From assembly GCA_965213675.1 (NCBI GenBank), contig OZ243916.1:2880001-2944000 (forward strand): DNA of 64,000 nucleotides. The letters run 5' to 3'. This document shows, piece after piece, positions 39,236 through 48,693 of the stretch. The stretch's first letter is position 1; the number at the start of each line of letters is the position of its first letter. The stretch is from an uncultured Candidatus Binatia bacterium. GTDB taxonomy: Bacteria; Desulfobacterota; Binatia; UBA9968; JAJDTQ01. The translations under genes were made by a program, and so were the position numbers. Below the pieces are notes generated by a model. It had not been told where the DNA came from, ran no database searches, and saw only the letters and a program-made list of their open reading frames with translations.

Positions 39236-42200
39236 CTATCCTCCCGCCGCCCGCGCCCGTTCGGCGGCGCTCACAAGCTGGGTCATGACGAGGTTGGCGT
39301 AGAGGCCGCCCCCGCGCAGCAGGTCATCGTGGGCGCCCTGCTCGGCGATGGCGCCGGAGTCCATCACGACGATGCGGTCGGCGTCGCGGATGGTGGACAG
39401 GCGGTGGGCGATGACCAGGGTGGTGCGTCCCTGCACCAGCTCGGCCAGCGCCTGCTGGATCAGTTCTTCGTTGATGGCGTCGAGATGGGAGGTGGCCTCG
39501 TCCAGCACCAGCACGGGGGCGTCCTTGAGCAGGGCGCGGGCGATGGCGATGCGCTGACGCTGGCCGCCGGAGAGTTGCACGCCGCGTTCGCCCACCACCG
39601 TGTCGTAGCCCTCGGGCAGGCGCGTGATGAAGTTGTGGATGTGGGCCAGGGCCGCGGCCGCTTCCATGTCTTCCCGGGAGGCCTCGGGGCGGCCCAGGCA
39701 GAGGTTCTCGCCCAGCGTGGTGTTGAAGAGATAGGTGTCCTGGGAAACCAGGGAGATCTGCGCCCGCAGATGGTCCAGGGCGAACTCCCGCAGGTCCCGG
39801 CCCGCCAGCGTCACCGCGCCCCCGGCCGGGTCCCAGAAGCGCAGCAGCAGGTGCGCGCAGGTGCTTTTGCCCGCCCCCGACGGCCCCACCAGCGCCACGG
39901 TCTGGCCCGGCTCCACGTCCAGACACACGTCCCGCAGCGCGAGGCCGTGGCCGGCGTCGTAGCCGAAGTTCACGTGGTCGAAGCGAATGGCCGGCGGCGC
40001 GTGACCGTTGGCCGCAGGCGCTTGCGCCCCGGCGCCATCCCGGTCCCGTGGCGATACTCCGGTCCCATCCAGCACGGGCACGCCGGCGCCGTCCCGCACC
40101 GGCACCGGCTCGTCCTTCACCGCGAATACGCGCCGCCCGGACTCCAGTGTCTCCATCAGCTCCTTGAAGGTGCGCGCAACGTCGGTGATGGGGCCGAAGG
40201 CCAGGAGCGCCAGCACGCTGGCCAGCGGCAGGAGCGCGCGTTCCATCTGGAGCTGGCCCACCAGGTACACGCCGGTGCCCAGCACCGCCAGGGCGCCGAT
40301 GCCGGTCACCGCCTCGTTGAGGCTCGCCTGCACCGCCTGGTCCCGGTGGAACGCGAGCTGCGTCCGCGCGAGCTTCAGGCTCCGGGCCAGCACCGAGGCG
40401 AGCTGGCGCTTCTCGTGCCCGAAGGCGACCACCTCGCGCATGCCCTGGATGCTGTCCACCAGGTGGGCGTTGAGCTGGCCCAGCTCCCGGCGCACCGCTC
40501 CCCCCAGCCGGTCCGAGCGCTTCTGCGCCAGGAACGGCGACAGCGCCAGCAGCGCCAGGAAGGGCGCCAGCGCCAGCATCAGCGGCCACGCTACCAGGCC
40601 CAGCACGGTGAGAATGCCCACCGGCACCACCACGGCGATGAAGGCCGGGGAGATGGTGTGGGCGAAGAACAGCTCCACGGTCTCCACATCGCCGCCGGCG
40701 ATGCTCACCAAGTCGCCGGAGCGGCGGCGGGAGAGGTAGGCCGGGGCCAGCGGGTCCAGGGTGTCGTAGAAGTCGATGCGCATTTCGGCCAGAAGCTGGT
40801 AGGCGAGGTCATGGGGCAGCCAGCAGTCGGCCCACGCCAGGGCCGACGCCAGGGTCACCACCGTCCCCAGCACGATCAGGTGCCACATGATGCTGTCGCC
40901 CGAGATGAGCTGCCCCACCAGAAGCGCGCTGGCCGCGCCCGCGGCCACCACCGACGCCTGGAACAGCACTCCGGCCGAGAACGACACCGCCACCTTGTGC
41001 AGGAACGGGCGCACGAGCGCGCCCAGGCGGCGCAGCACGGTGAAGGCGGAAAGCGGCGCCACGGCGCGCGTGGACCCGGCCACGGGGGCCGCCGCGGGTT
41101 CGGCCGCCACCACGTCCGGTTCCTCGGCGGGCGCCTCCAACTTCTCCAGCGCCTCGCCGTCGCCCGCATGGGCCTGGGCCGCCATGAGCCGGGCGTAGGT
41201 GCCGCCGCCCGCCAAGAGTTCGGCGTGGCCGCCGGTCTCCGCTACCTGCCCGCGCTCCAGCACCAGGATGCGGTCGGCGTGGATGACGCTCGACAGGCGG
41301 TGCGCGATGATCAGCGTGGTGCGCCCCTCCATGAGCTTCTGCAGCGCTTCGTTGATCACCGCTTCGCTCTGGGCGTCCACGCTGGACAGGGCCTCGTCGA
41401 GCACCAGGATGGGCGCGTCCTTGAGGATCGCCCGGGCGATGGCGATGCGCTGGCGTTCGCCACCGGACAGGCGCGCGCCGCGCTCCCCCACCACGGTGTC
41501 GTATCCCTGTGGCAGCCCGGCGATGAAGTCGTGGATGTTGGCCGCCCGCGCCGCCGCCTCGATCTCTTCCCGCGTCGCCTCGGGCCGGGCCATGCGCAGG
41601 TTGTCGGCGATGGTGCCGTAGAACAGGTACATGTCCTGGGCCACCACCGCGATGTGGCGGCGCAGCACGCGCAGCGGAATGCCGCGGATGTCCCGCCCGC
41701 CCAGGAGCACGCGGCCCTCTTGCGGGTCGCCAAAGCGCAGCAGCAGGTTCACCAGGGTGGACTTCCCGGCGCCGCTGGGACCCACTACGCCGAGCTTCTC
41801 GCCGTGGCGGAGTTCGAACGAGACGCCCCGAAGCGCGGGCCGTGCGCCATCCCGGTACGCGAAGTTCACGTCCTCGAAACGGACCGCGGGCGTGAACGCC
41901 GTTTCGGTGGCGGGCGCGGGCTCGCGCACCGTCACCGGCGCCTCCAGCAGCTTGAAAATGCCCGCGGCCGAGGCCATGGCGTCGATGCCCTGGTGGTACA
42001 GGATCATCAGTTCGCGTGTGGGGCGGAAGATCTCCGCGCCCATGAGCAGGATGACGATGAGCGAGCGCAGCTCCAGCTCCCCGGCGCTCACTTTGAGGGC
42101 GCCCCAGCCCAGGGCGCAGGCGGTGCCACCCAAAATCCCGAAGGTAGTGATGCCCACCGACACCATGTTCACGGCCAGCACTCCCATGGTGGTGCGGTAG

Positions 42201-42883
42201 AGGTGGCGCGCGCGTTCGGCGAGGCGCGCGCCCTGGGCGCGGCTCCGGCCGAAGATCTTCAAGGTGGCGATGCCCTGGATGCTGTCCAGGAAGTCGGCGC
42301 TGAAGGCGCCGTAGGACGTGCGCCGGCGCTGGCTGGTCTCCTCGTTGTAGAGCATGAACAGCGGCGTGGTCACCAGCGTGATGAGCGCGAACACCACGAA
42401 GATGACCCCGATGACCACGTCGAAGGACGCCATGAGGAAGAAGATCAACACGGGCGCCACCGCCGCCACCACCATCTGCGGCAGGAACTGGCCGTAAAAC
42501 ACCTGAAGCCGCTCCACCCCCTCGCCCATGGACAGGAGCACGTCGCCGGTGCGCTCCTGGTTGAAGTGGCCGGGGCCGAGTTCGAGGGCGTGCCCGTACA
42601 GCTTGCCGTGGAGCGTTTGCTTCACCCGCGCCGCGGTCTCCTGGCTCACCACGTCGCGCAGGTACTGGAACACCGCGCGCAGGGCGATGAAGCCCGCCAC
42701 CGCCCCCAGGTAGGGGATCAACGACGCGAACGGCCGTCCAGTGAGGACGCCGGCGATAACCAGCCCGGAGAACGCCAGCCGCGCAATGCCCGCGGCCACG
42801 GCGCACAGCCCGAGCACGACGGCGGCGGCGATGCGCGCGCGCACGCCGCGGGTATGGGTCAGCAGTCGCCGGTCGAGGTACAT
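39236..42883 (-). CDS. Fused full-length ABC transporter (TMD-NBD-TMD-NBD), CydDC/IrtAB-like
   Basis: Two GPSGAGKST, two LSGG(E/Q)RQR, two VLDEA motifs, two TM bundles in 1215 aa. Confidence 0.9.
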   Translation of the reverse strand: MYLDRRLLTHTRGVRARIAAAVVLGLCAVAAGIARLAFSGLVIAGVLTGRPFASLIPYLGAVAGFIALRAVFQYLRDVVSQETAARVKQTLHGKLYGHALELGPGHFNQERTGDVLLSMGEGVERLQVFYGQFLPQMVVAAVAPVLIFFLMASFDVVIGVIFVVFALITLVTTPLFMLYNEETSQRRRTSYGAFSADFLDSIQGIATLKIFGRSRAQGARLAERARHLYRTTMGVLAVNMVSVGITTFGILGGTACALGWGALKVSAGELELRSLIVILLMGAEIFRPTRELMILYHQGIDAMASAAGIFKLLEAPVTVREPAPATETAFTPAVRFEDVNFAYRDGARPALRGVSFELRHGEKLGVVGPSGAGKSTLVNLLLRFGDPQEGRVLLGGRDIRGIPLRVLRRHIAVVAQDMYLFYGTIADNLRMARPEATREEIEAAARAANIHDFIAGLPQGYDTVVGERGARLSGGERQRIAIARAILKDAPILVLDEALSSVDAQSEAVINEALQKLMEGRTTLIIAHRLSSVIHADRILVLERGQVAETGGHAELLAGGGTYARLMAAQAHAGDGEALEKLEAPAEEPDVVAAEPAAAPVAGSTRAVAPLSAFTVLRRLGALVRPFLHKVAVSFSAGVLFQASVVAAGAASALLVGQLISGDSIMWHLIVLGTVVTLASALAWADCWLPHDLAYQLLAEMRIDFYDTLDPLAPAYLSRRRSGDLVSIAGGDVETVELFFAHTISPAFIAVVVPVGILTVLGLVAWPLMLALAPFLALLALSPFLAQKRSDRLGGAVRRELGQLNAHLVDSIQGMREVVAFGHEKRQLASVLARSLKLARTQLAFHRDQAVQASLNEAVTGIGALAVLGTGVYLVGQLQMERALLPLASVLALLAFGPITDVARTFKELMETLESGRRVFAVKDEPVPVRDGAGVPVLDGTGVSPRDRDGAGAQAPAANGHAPPAIRFDHVNFGYDAGHGLALRDVCLDVEPGQTVALVGPSGAGKSTCAHLLLRFWDPAGGAVTLAGRDLREFALDHLRAQISLVSQDTYLFNTTLGENLCLGRPEASREDMEAAAALAHIHNFITRLPEGYDTVVGERGVQLSGGQRQRIAIARALLKDAPVLVLDEATSHLDAINEELIQQALAELVQGRTTLVIAHRLSTIRDADRIVVMDSGAIAEQGAHDDLLRGGGLYANLVMTQLVSAAERARAAGG

Positions 42884-43020
42884 GAGGTCATCCGTCTCCG
42901 TTCCTGAGAATTAGAAGGTCGCCGCCGGGAATACAAGGCGCGCGGCCTGGGCCGGTCCAAGGCGTGCCAGCGCATCGCCGGGGTGGCTGCGCGCCTACCT
43001 CGGCGGTTATGGGAAAAAGA

Positions 43021-43044
43021 AAAACTTAGATAAAACAAAGTTTT
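43021..43044. promoter_or_regulatory. Candidate DtxR/MntR/TroR-type operator
   Basis: AAAACTTAG-ATAAAA-CAAAGTTTT imperfect palindrome in AT-rich divergent promoter. Confidence 0.6.
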
Positions 43045-43110
43045 AATATTGCAGACAAGGGATATTTGGAGTATGAAGGCAGAAATATCTCTTGAAGGGA
43101 GAAGTAAACC

Positions 43111-44157
43111 ATGCTGAAAACGATTTCTGGAGGTCGGTTGGTGCGCAGGATGCGGGTGTTCCTGGCGGCGGTCGTCGGTATTTCCATGGGCATCGCGGGG
43201 ACCGCCGTCGCGGACGGCGAGGTCAACATCTACTCCTACCGGCAGCCGTTCCTCATCAAGCCGATGCTGAACGCGTTCACCCAACAGACCGGCATCAAGA
43301 CCAACGTGGTGTTCGCGCCCAAGGGGATGATCGAACGCCTCAAGCGGGAGGGACGGAACAGCCCCGCCGACATGATCCTGACCGTGGACATCGGGCGGAT
43401 CAACGACGCCGTGGCAGCGGACGTGTTGCAGCCGGTCAAGTCGAACAAGCTCCTGGCGAACATCCCCCCCCACAACCGCGACCCCGACGGTCTCTGGTAC
43501 GCCCTCACGCGACGCGCCCGCATCGTGTACGCTTCCAGGGAACGGGTGAAACCGGGAGAGCTTTCCACCTACGAGGGCCTCGCCGATTCCCGATGGAAGG
43601 GGCGCATCTGCATCCGTTCTTCACAGCACGTCTACAACGTGGCCCTGCTCGCGTCGCTGGTGGCGCACCATGGCGAGGCAAAGGCCGAGGAGTGGGCCAA
43701 GGGATTGAAGGCCAACCTGGCGCGCAAGCCGCAGGGCAACGACCGCGCCCAGGTCAAGGCGATCCACGCGGGCGAGTGCGACATCTCGCTGGGCAACTCC
43801 TACTACATGGGCAAGATGCTCACCAACGAGAAGCAGATTGCGTGGGCGGAGTCGGTGAACATCATCTTCCCCAACCAGAAGGACCGCGGCGCCCACATGA
43901 ACATCAGCGGCGCCGGCGTCACCAAGCACTCCCCGAACAAGGCGAACGCCATCAAGCTGCTGGAATTCCTGAGCGACGACCTGGCCCAGAAGATGTACGC
44001 GGAGCAGAACTTCGAGTACCCCGTGAAGCCCGGTGTGCCTTGGTCCGGTTTGGTGGAATCGTGGGGCAGGTTCAAGGCGGACAACCTCGACATGATCAAG
44101 GTCGCCAAGAATCGCGCCACGGCCATCAAGGTTTTTGACCGCGTCGGCATCCCGTAG
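43111..44157 (+). CDS. Fe(III) ABC transporter substrate-binding protein (FutA/FbpA family)
   Basis: VNIYSYRQ, EGRNSPAD, PQGNDRAQVKAI, GNSYY tyrosine ligands, NFEYP. Confidence 0.92.
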   Translation: MLKTISGGRLVRRMRVFLAAVVGISMGIAGTAVADGEVNIYSYRQPFLIKPMLNAFTQQTGIKTNVVFAPKGMIERLKREGRNSPADMILTVDIGRINDAVAADVLQPVKSNKLLANIPPHNRDPDGLWYALTRRARIVYASRERVKPGELSTYEGLADSRWKGRICIRSSQHVYNVALLASLVAHHGEAKAEEWAKGLKANLARKPQGNDRAQVKAIHAGECDISLGNSYYMGKMLTNEKQIAWAESVNIIFPNQKDRGAHMNISGAGVTKHSPNKANAIKLLEFLSDDLAQKMYAEQNFEYPVKPGVPWSGLVESWGRFKADNLDMIKVAKNRATAIKVFDRVGIP

Positions 44158-44252
44158 GGACGAATTCCTTCCTGTTGAAGGGAAGGCCGGGCCGGTGACG
44201 CCGTCTGGCGATGACAATCGCCGGACGGTTTCACCGGGTCATCAAATAAAGC

Positions 44253-44272
44253 AAATTTGACAACACAAAAAT
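44253..44272 (+). promoter_or_regulatory. Second candidate operator overlapping a TTGACA -35 upstream of bfr
   Basis: AAATTTG-ACAACA-CAAAAAT, same TTWG-N6-CAAA core as 43021. Confidence 0.55.
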
Positions 44273-44504
44273 AACAGTTTGGACGCGCCACGCTCTTGCG
44301 GCATGGACGCATGGGTCGCCCGCGTTGTCTCTCAACAAGACGGGGTCGCATTCACCATTCGGTTGAAGACAGTTCCGCCTTTCAAAAGGGACCCAACTCG
44401 ACTATGGTCGCAGAAACCGGGACAGGGGACAGGGGAACGGGAACCCGGCGCCATGTCCGGACGCGGAGCCTTGGCGCCGGACAGGAAACCAGGGAGGATG
44501 CGAT

Positions 44505-45002
44505 ATGAAAGGCGACCCGAGGATCATAAAGGCGCTCAACGACGTGTTGCGGAAGGAGCTTACAGGGATCAATCAATACTTCATGCATTCACGGATGTGC
44601 CGCAACTGGGGTTACCAGGTACTGGATCAGTTCATTTGGAATGAATCGATCGAGGAGATGCGGCATGCGGACCAGATCATCAACCGCATCCTGCTGCTGG
44701 ACGGGGTCCCCAACGTGACCGGATACGACAAGATCATGGTCGGCAAGACCGTCAAGGAACAGTTGGAGAACGATCTCGGGCTGGAACAGGCCGCCATCAA
44801 GGTACTGCAGGCGAGCATTGCGACGTGCAACAAGGCGGGAGACCACGTGAGCCGCGAGTTGCTGGAACAGATTCTGACGGACGAGGAGAACCACGTGGAC
44901 TGGATCGAAGCCCAACACCACCTGATCCACGAGGTCGGACTGGAAAATTACCTGGCTCAGCAGATCTACAATGCTGGCGGTGGGAGTGGCGGGGGCGCGT
45001 AA
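44505..45002 (+). CDS. bfr: Bacterioferritin
   Basis: MKGDP, ELTGINQY, EEMRHAD, DEENHVDW. Confidence 0.96.
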   Translation: MKGDPRIIKALNDVLRKELTGINQYFMHSRMCRNWGYQVLDQFIWNESIEEMRHADQIINRILLLDGVPNVTGYDKIMVGKTVKEQLENDLGLEQAAIKVLQASIATCNKAGDHVSRELLEQILTDEENHVDWIEAQHHLIHEVGLENYLAQQIYNAGGGSGGGA

Positions 45003-45036
45003 GGGCACCGTTCGTCGTTGACAGGGTGGGAGCATC

Positions 45037-45702
45037 GTGGCGGAAAAGCGTTCGGAAGCGACCGAAGACTATCTCAAGGCCATCTACAGCCTTGCGGAGG
45101 AGAACGATCAGGTCATCGCCGCGCGGGTGGCCGAAGACATCGGCGTGACTCCTTCGACCATGTTCAGCGCCCTTCGACGGCTCGAGAAGGAAGAGTTCGT
45201 GCGCGTGGAGCGGCGCAAGAACATCTACCTGACCCCCAAGGGCCGGGATGTGGCCGAGGCCATCCTGCGCCGGCATTTCCTCACGGAGCGGCTGTTGACC
45301 GACCTGCTGGGTCTCGACTGGGTGACGGCCCATCAGGAAGCGCACCACCTGGAGCACGCCATCTCGCCGGTGGTGGAGGAGCGCCTGGCCGCGATCCTCG
45401 ATAATCCTTCCTCCTGCCCCCACGGCAACCCCATCCCCGTGAAGGGAGAGGCCTCCCCGCGCCGCCAGTGGATCCCATTGAACACCGCGGAGGCGGGTCG
45501 CGACGTCATCTTCCGGTGCATCACCGAGACCGGAGAGCGCGACGAGCGGCTGCTCTCGTTCCTGTTCGATCACAACGTGCGTCCCGGCGCCAGGATCGAG
45601 ATCCTCGACGTCGCGCCGTCCCTGGGCACCATGAGTCTGCGGGTGGGTGAGGACGAGGTCGTTCTCGGCCTGGAGGCGGGCAAGAAGATCTACGTGGAGT
45701 GA
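45037..45702 (+). CDS. DtxR/MntR family metal-dependent repressor with FeoA domain
   Basis: EDYLKAIY, RRHFLTE, EAHHLEH, CPHGNPIP. Confidence 0.93.
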   Translation: MAEKRSEATEDYLKAIYSLAEENDQVIAARVAEDIGVTPSTMFSALRRLEKEEFVRVERRKNIYLTPKGRDVAEAILRRHFLTERLLTDLLGLDWVTAHQEAHHLEHAISPVVEERLAAILDNPSSCPHGNPIPVKGEASPRRQWIPLNTAEAGRDVIFRCITETGERDERLLSFLFDHNVRPGARIEILDVAPSLGTMSLRVGEDEVVLGLEAGKKIYVE

Positions 45703-45727
45703 CCGGAGCTTGGATCTGAGCTCGCCC

Positions 45728-46180
45728 ATGAACGCCGGAACCGGCACACGCCGTCGAGCCCGCGCGGCACTGCTCGCCGCCGCGGCTTAACTGACATTTC
45801 TCATCGTCGGCGCGCCCCATCGCGTCCACCACTTCTTCGACTTCCTGGAAACGCCCGGAACGGTGGCCTCCACGGCGCCGGCGCTGCCGGACGAACCCGG
45901 TTCCAATTCGGATCGCCATCACGCCCACGCCCATGACCATCACGGGCACGGCGACGGTGCGGACGGTCACGGACATCACGACACCAATCCGGAGACGGCT
46001 CCCGAGCCGCCGTGCGTCGTTCTGGCCGCCTTCGCGCAGAATCCAGATTTTTTCGCCAACCCGGCGGTTCACTCCATGGACCGCCCGGCGCTCGCGTTTT
46101 CCTTCGGCTCCGTGTCCGCCACGCCCAGGGTCGCGCGGGTCCAAACCCACCACAGCCGCGCACCGCCGCATCTGATCTGA
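45728..46180 (+). pseudogene. His-rich RAPP-motif (DUF2946-like) leader protein interrupted by TAA at 45788
   Basis: MNAGTGTRRRARAALLAAAA*LTFLIVGAPHRVHH...His cluster...C...HHSRAPPHLI in one frame. Confidence 0.6.
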
Positions 46181-46334
46181 GCGGGCATCGTACTCGCGCC
46201 AAACGCCGGTGCGCGCATCTGCATCATTGGCGGTGCGGCCGGGCGCTGCGTGCGCCGTTCCGCATTCCCGTGCGCCGTTCGGTGTACTCGTGCGCCGCAT
46301 CGCGTTCCCATGCGCCGCATCGTCACCTTCTTCC

Positions 46335-46540
46335 GTCATTCCCGCGGAAGCGGCTGTGTCAAGAACCCACACGAACAGGGTATGTCACGGCCCCCCGCAT
46401 CGTCATTTCCCGCGAAAGCGGGAATCCAGGAGTGGCGAGGTGGGGAGTACGCCCGTATCGCGCGTCCCCACCCCTGGATTCCCGCTTTCGCGGGAATGAC
46501 GATGCGGGGGGCCGGGAATGACGAAACGGGGGCCGGGACG
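46335..46540. repeat. Family A composite repeat (half REP plus GCTGTGTCAA end, doublet 46402-46500, short tandem tail)
   Basis: GTCATTCCCGCGGAAGCGGCTGTGTCAA; GGGAATGACG repeated at the right end. Confidence 0.88.
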
Positions 46541-46708
46541 GGCAAATAGGATACAGGTTGGCCCTTGGCGTCGTCGGGTCCAGGGGCTCGGGTTCCCCCT
46601 GCGCCGGCTCCAGGCGCACGGATGAGGCCAACGCAAAGGAGCGTATTCCCATGATGCGAATGAAATGGCAGGCGGGGTGTCTGGCGGTTCTGCTGGCGGC
46701 AGTCGGCG

Positions 46709-46768
46709 GTGCCGACGACAAAAAATCCTCCGCAGATTATGACGCGAATTAACCAGACACCACACTAG
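46709..46768 (-). mobile_element. Diverged end of MITE family B
   Basis: Minus strand CTAGTGTGGTGTCTGGTTAATTC...TTGTCGTCGGCAC aligns with 27604-27663. Confidence 0.55.
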
Positions 46769-46769
46769 G

Positions 46770-47086
46770 CTCCACCGAGCCTCCCGCTGCATACGGTCTC
46801 TGGACCGGGGCGGAGTGGGAACGGGCACGTTCGTTCAGCCCGCGTCCTCAAGGCCATCGCCCCCTACGGTCACAATGGCTCCGTCGCCACCCTGGAGGAC
46901 TGGCTCGACCACTACGTCGCCGTCACCAACGGCGAGTTCACCGACTTCGTCGGCCGCCTCGACGACGTCCTTCCCACCTTCCAGCCCACCGATGCGGAAC
47001 GGCGTGGGCTCATCGCCTTCCTGGGCTCCCTCAACTCGGACTACGGTTCGGAGTGGACACGGGATCCGGGCGCCGTCCCGCGCTGA
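46770..47086 (+). pseudogene. C-terminal remnant of di-heme cytochrome c peroxidase (CcpA/MauG family)
   Basis: Frame from 46862: PYGHNGSVATLEDWLDHY...ERRGLIAFLGSL; no intact N-terminus. Confidence 0.65.
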
Positions 47087-47112
47087 TGGCCAAGGGCCCT
47101 CGCCCGGATGGT

Positions 47113-47418
47113 TCAGGGAGACCGGACCAAGGTTGACGCCCGTTGGACCCGTGCAATCAGTTGTTTCCTTTCGTTGGCAAGGGCCCGGAAGTCGCATTCG
47201 ACCTGAATCCCGTGCCAGAATTCGTCGGATTGCCCGAAAAAAGCCCCGAAACGGATGGACATGGCGGGTGTGATTGAGCGTTTGCCGTGAACGATCTCGT
47301 TGATCGCCCTTGGAGAAACACCGATGGCGCGGGCCATGGCATTCTGGGATAGGCTCATGGGTCTGAGGTAATCCTCGAGCAGGATCTCACCGGGCGTAAT
47401 GGAATCGCGCATGAGCAT
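47113..47418 (-). CDS. higA: HigA family antitoxin
   Basis: [33 protein letters not shown]. Confidence 0.9.
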   Translation of the reverse strand: MLMRDSITPGEILLEDYLRPMSLSQNAMARAIGVSPRAINEIVHGKRSITPAMSIRFGAFFGQSDEFWHGIQVECDFRALANERKQLIARVQRASTLVRSP

Positions 47419-47443
47419 TGCGTATGACGTTATGGGGGTGTTG

Positions 47444-47722
47444 TCAATGGTGGTCCACAATACGGACTTGTTCGGGTCCGTTCCCCGTCCAACGAAAAAC
47501 AATGCGCCACAGGTCATTGATGCGTATGGAATGAAAGCCCGTCAGGTCGCCCTGAAGCGCTTCCAGTTGGTTGCCGGGCGGGACGGCCAAGTCGCCAAGG
47601 GTCTGTGCATGGTTCATTTGAACCAGTTTCCGTAGCGCCACACGCGCGATAGCGGCGAAGCGCCGGCATTTTTCTGAATAGAACAGTGTCGCAGTGTCCT
47701 TGTCGGCGAAGGATTGGATGAT
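47444..47722 (-). CDS. higB: HigB (RelE/ParE) toxin, lacks canonical start codon
   Basis: [37 protein letters not shown]; begins ATC after GGAGG. Confidence 0.75.
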   Translation of the reverse strand: MIQSFADKDTATLFYSEKCRRFAAIARVALRKLVQMNHAQTLGDLAVPPGNQLEALQGDLTGFHSIRINDLWRIVFRWTGNGPEQVRIVDHH

Positions 47723-47823
47723 GAAACCGCAGCCCTCCAGCCGATGATGGTAAGCAACAACGGTACCATCAGGGTGCCGGACCCGACCGGACGACTGGAT
47801 TGAGCTACTCCCGACAACGGTTC

Positions 47824-48693
47824 TCACGGCGTAGCGGCGGCGGCCGTGGCCACGCCGGCGGCAACCACCGCCATCCAGCACAGCCGCCGGAACCCGATGC
47901 GGTCGCCCAGCCAGATCCGCGCGGTGACCGCGGTAACGGCGGCGAAGCTCGAGAAGCCAATGGCGGCGCCCACCCGCTCGCCGCCCCCGGAGCCGGTGAG
48001 GAACAGGCCCAGTGCCCCCGTTTCCAGAACCGCCTGCAAGAACACAAGGGGCCACGTCGTGCCGGACGGCCACGCCAGCGGGCCGCGCCGCCGCTGGATG
48101 ACCATGAAGCCCACTGCGCCGGTCAGCGCGAAGACGCGATTCAGGTAGACCGCCGGAACCGTGCCCAGCGCCGCGCCCGCCTCCTGCGCGAGGAACATGC
48201 GTAACGCCACCGACACGGCGGCGCCGAGTCCCAGAAGCGCGGTGACGCGCAGCCAGGCGCGGTCGTAGCGTTCCTTCCCTGGCTGCTCGGGTTGGGCCAG
48301 CATCGCCACTCCGCCGAAGACCGTCAACGCTGCGACCCCGTGAAGCCAGTGATAGGAATGGCCGGCCAGCACGTTCAGCGCCACGAGGATCACCGTGAAG
48401 CTCGACGTGGCTGGAGACGCCACCGTCACCGGTCCCCGGACCAGCGCGCGGAAGAGCAGCCCCAACACCGCGACGTTCAGGAAGCCGGACAACACCGAGG
48501 CACCCCAGCCCCAGGCGTTCCAGGCAGGCCAACCGCCGCTCGCCGCAAACCAGATCGTCATGACGGCCAACGGAGGCACCATGATGAGAGCGATGAGCAC
48601 AGACAGGGAGACGCGGCTCGCCGTCACGCGTGCGACGCAATCGGAAACACCGATCAAACCGGCGCCGCACAATCCCCAAGCCAGTCCATTCAT
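47824..48693 (-). CDS. DMT/EamA family transporter
   Basis: About ten hydrophobic segments, ALVRGPVTVASP, WLGDRI. Confidence 0.8.
   Translation of the reverse strand: MNGLAWGLCGAGLIGVSDCVARVTASRVSLSVLIALIMVPPLAVMTIWFAASGGWPAWNAWGWGASVLSGFLNVAVLGLLFRALVRGPVTVASPATSSFTVILVALNVLAGHSYHWLHGVAALTVFGGVAMLAQPEQPGKERYDRAWLRVTALLGLGAAVSVALRMFLAQEAGAALGTVPAVYLNRVFALTGAVGFMVIQRRRGPLAWPSGTTWPLVFLQAVLETGALGLFLTGSGGGERVGAAIGFSSFAAVTAVTARIWLGDRIGFRRLCWMAVVAAGVATAAAATP

Noticed and set aside
39329-42907. Very long antisense ORFs (1192 aa here; also 11357-13609, 14241-16160, 48809-50890)
   Set aside because: Shadow frames of real genes caused by high-GC codon bias
44296-44508. Possible bfd ferredoxin upstream of bfr
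   Set aside because: No CxC...CGxC motif in the candidate frames
47444-48679. 411-aa ORF ending in HigB
   Set aside because: The N-terminal part is an alternate frame of the DMT gene; the toxin domain starts at ~47722
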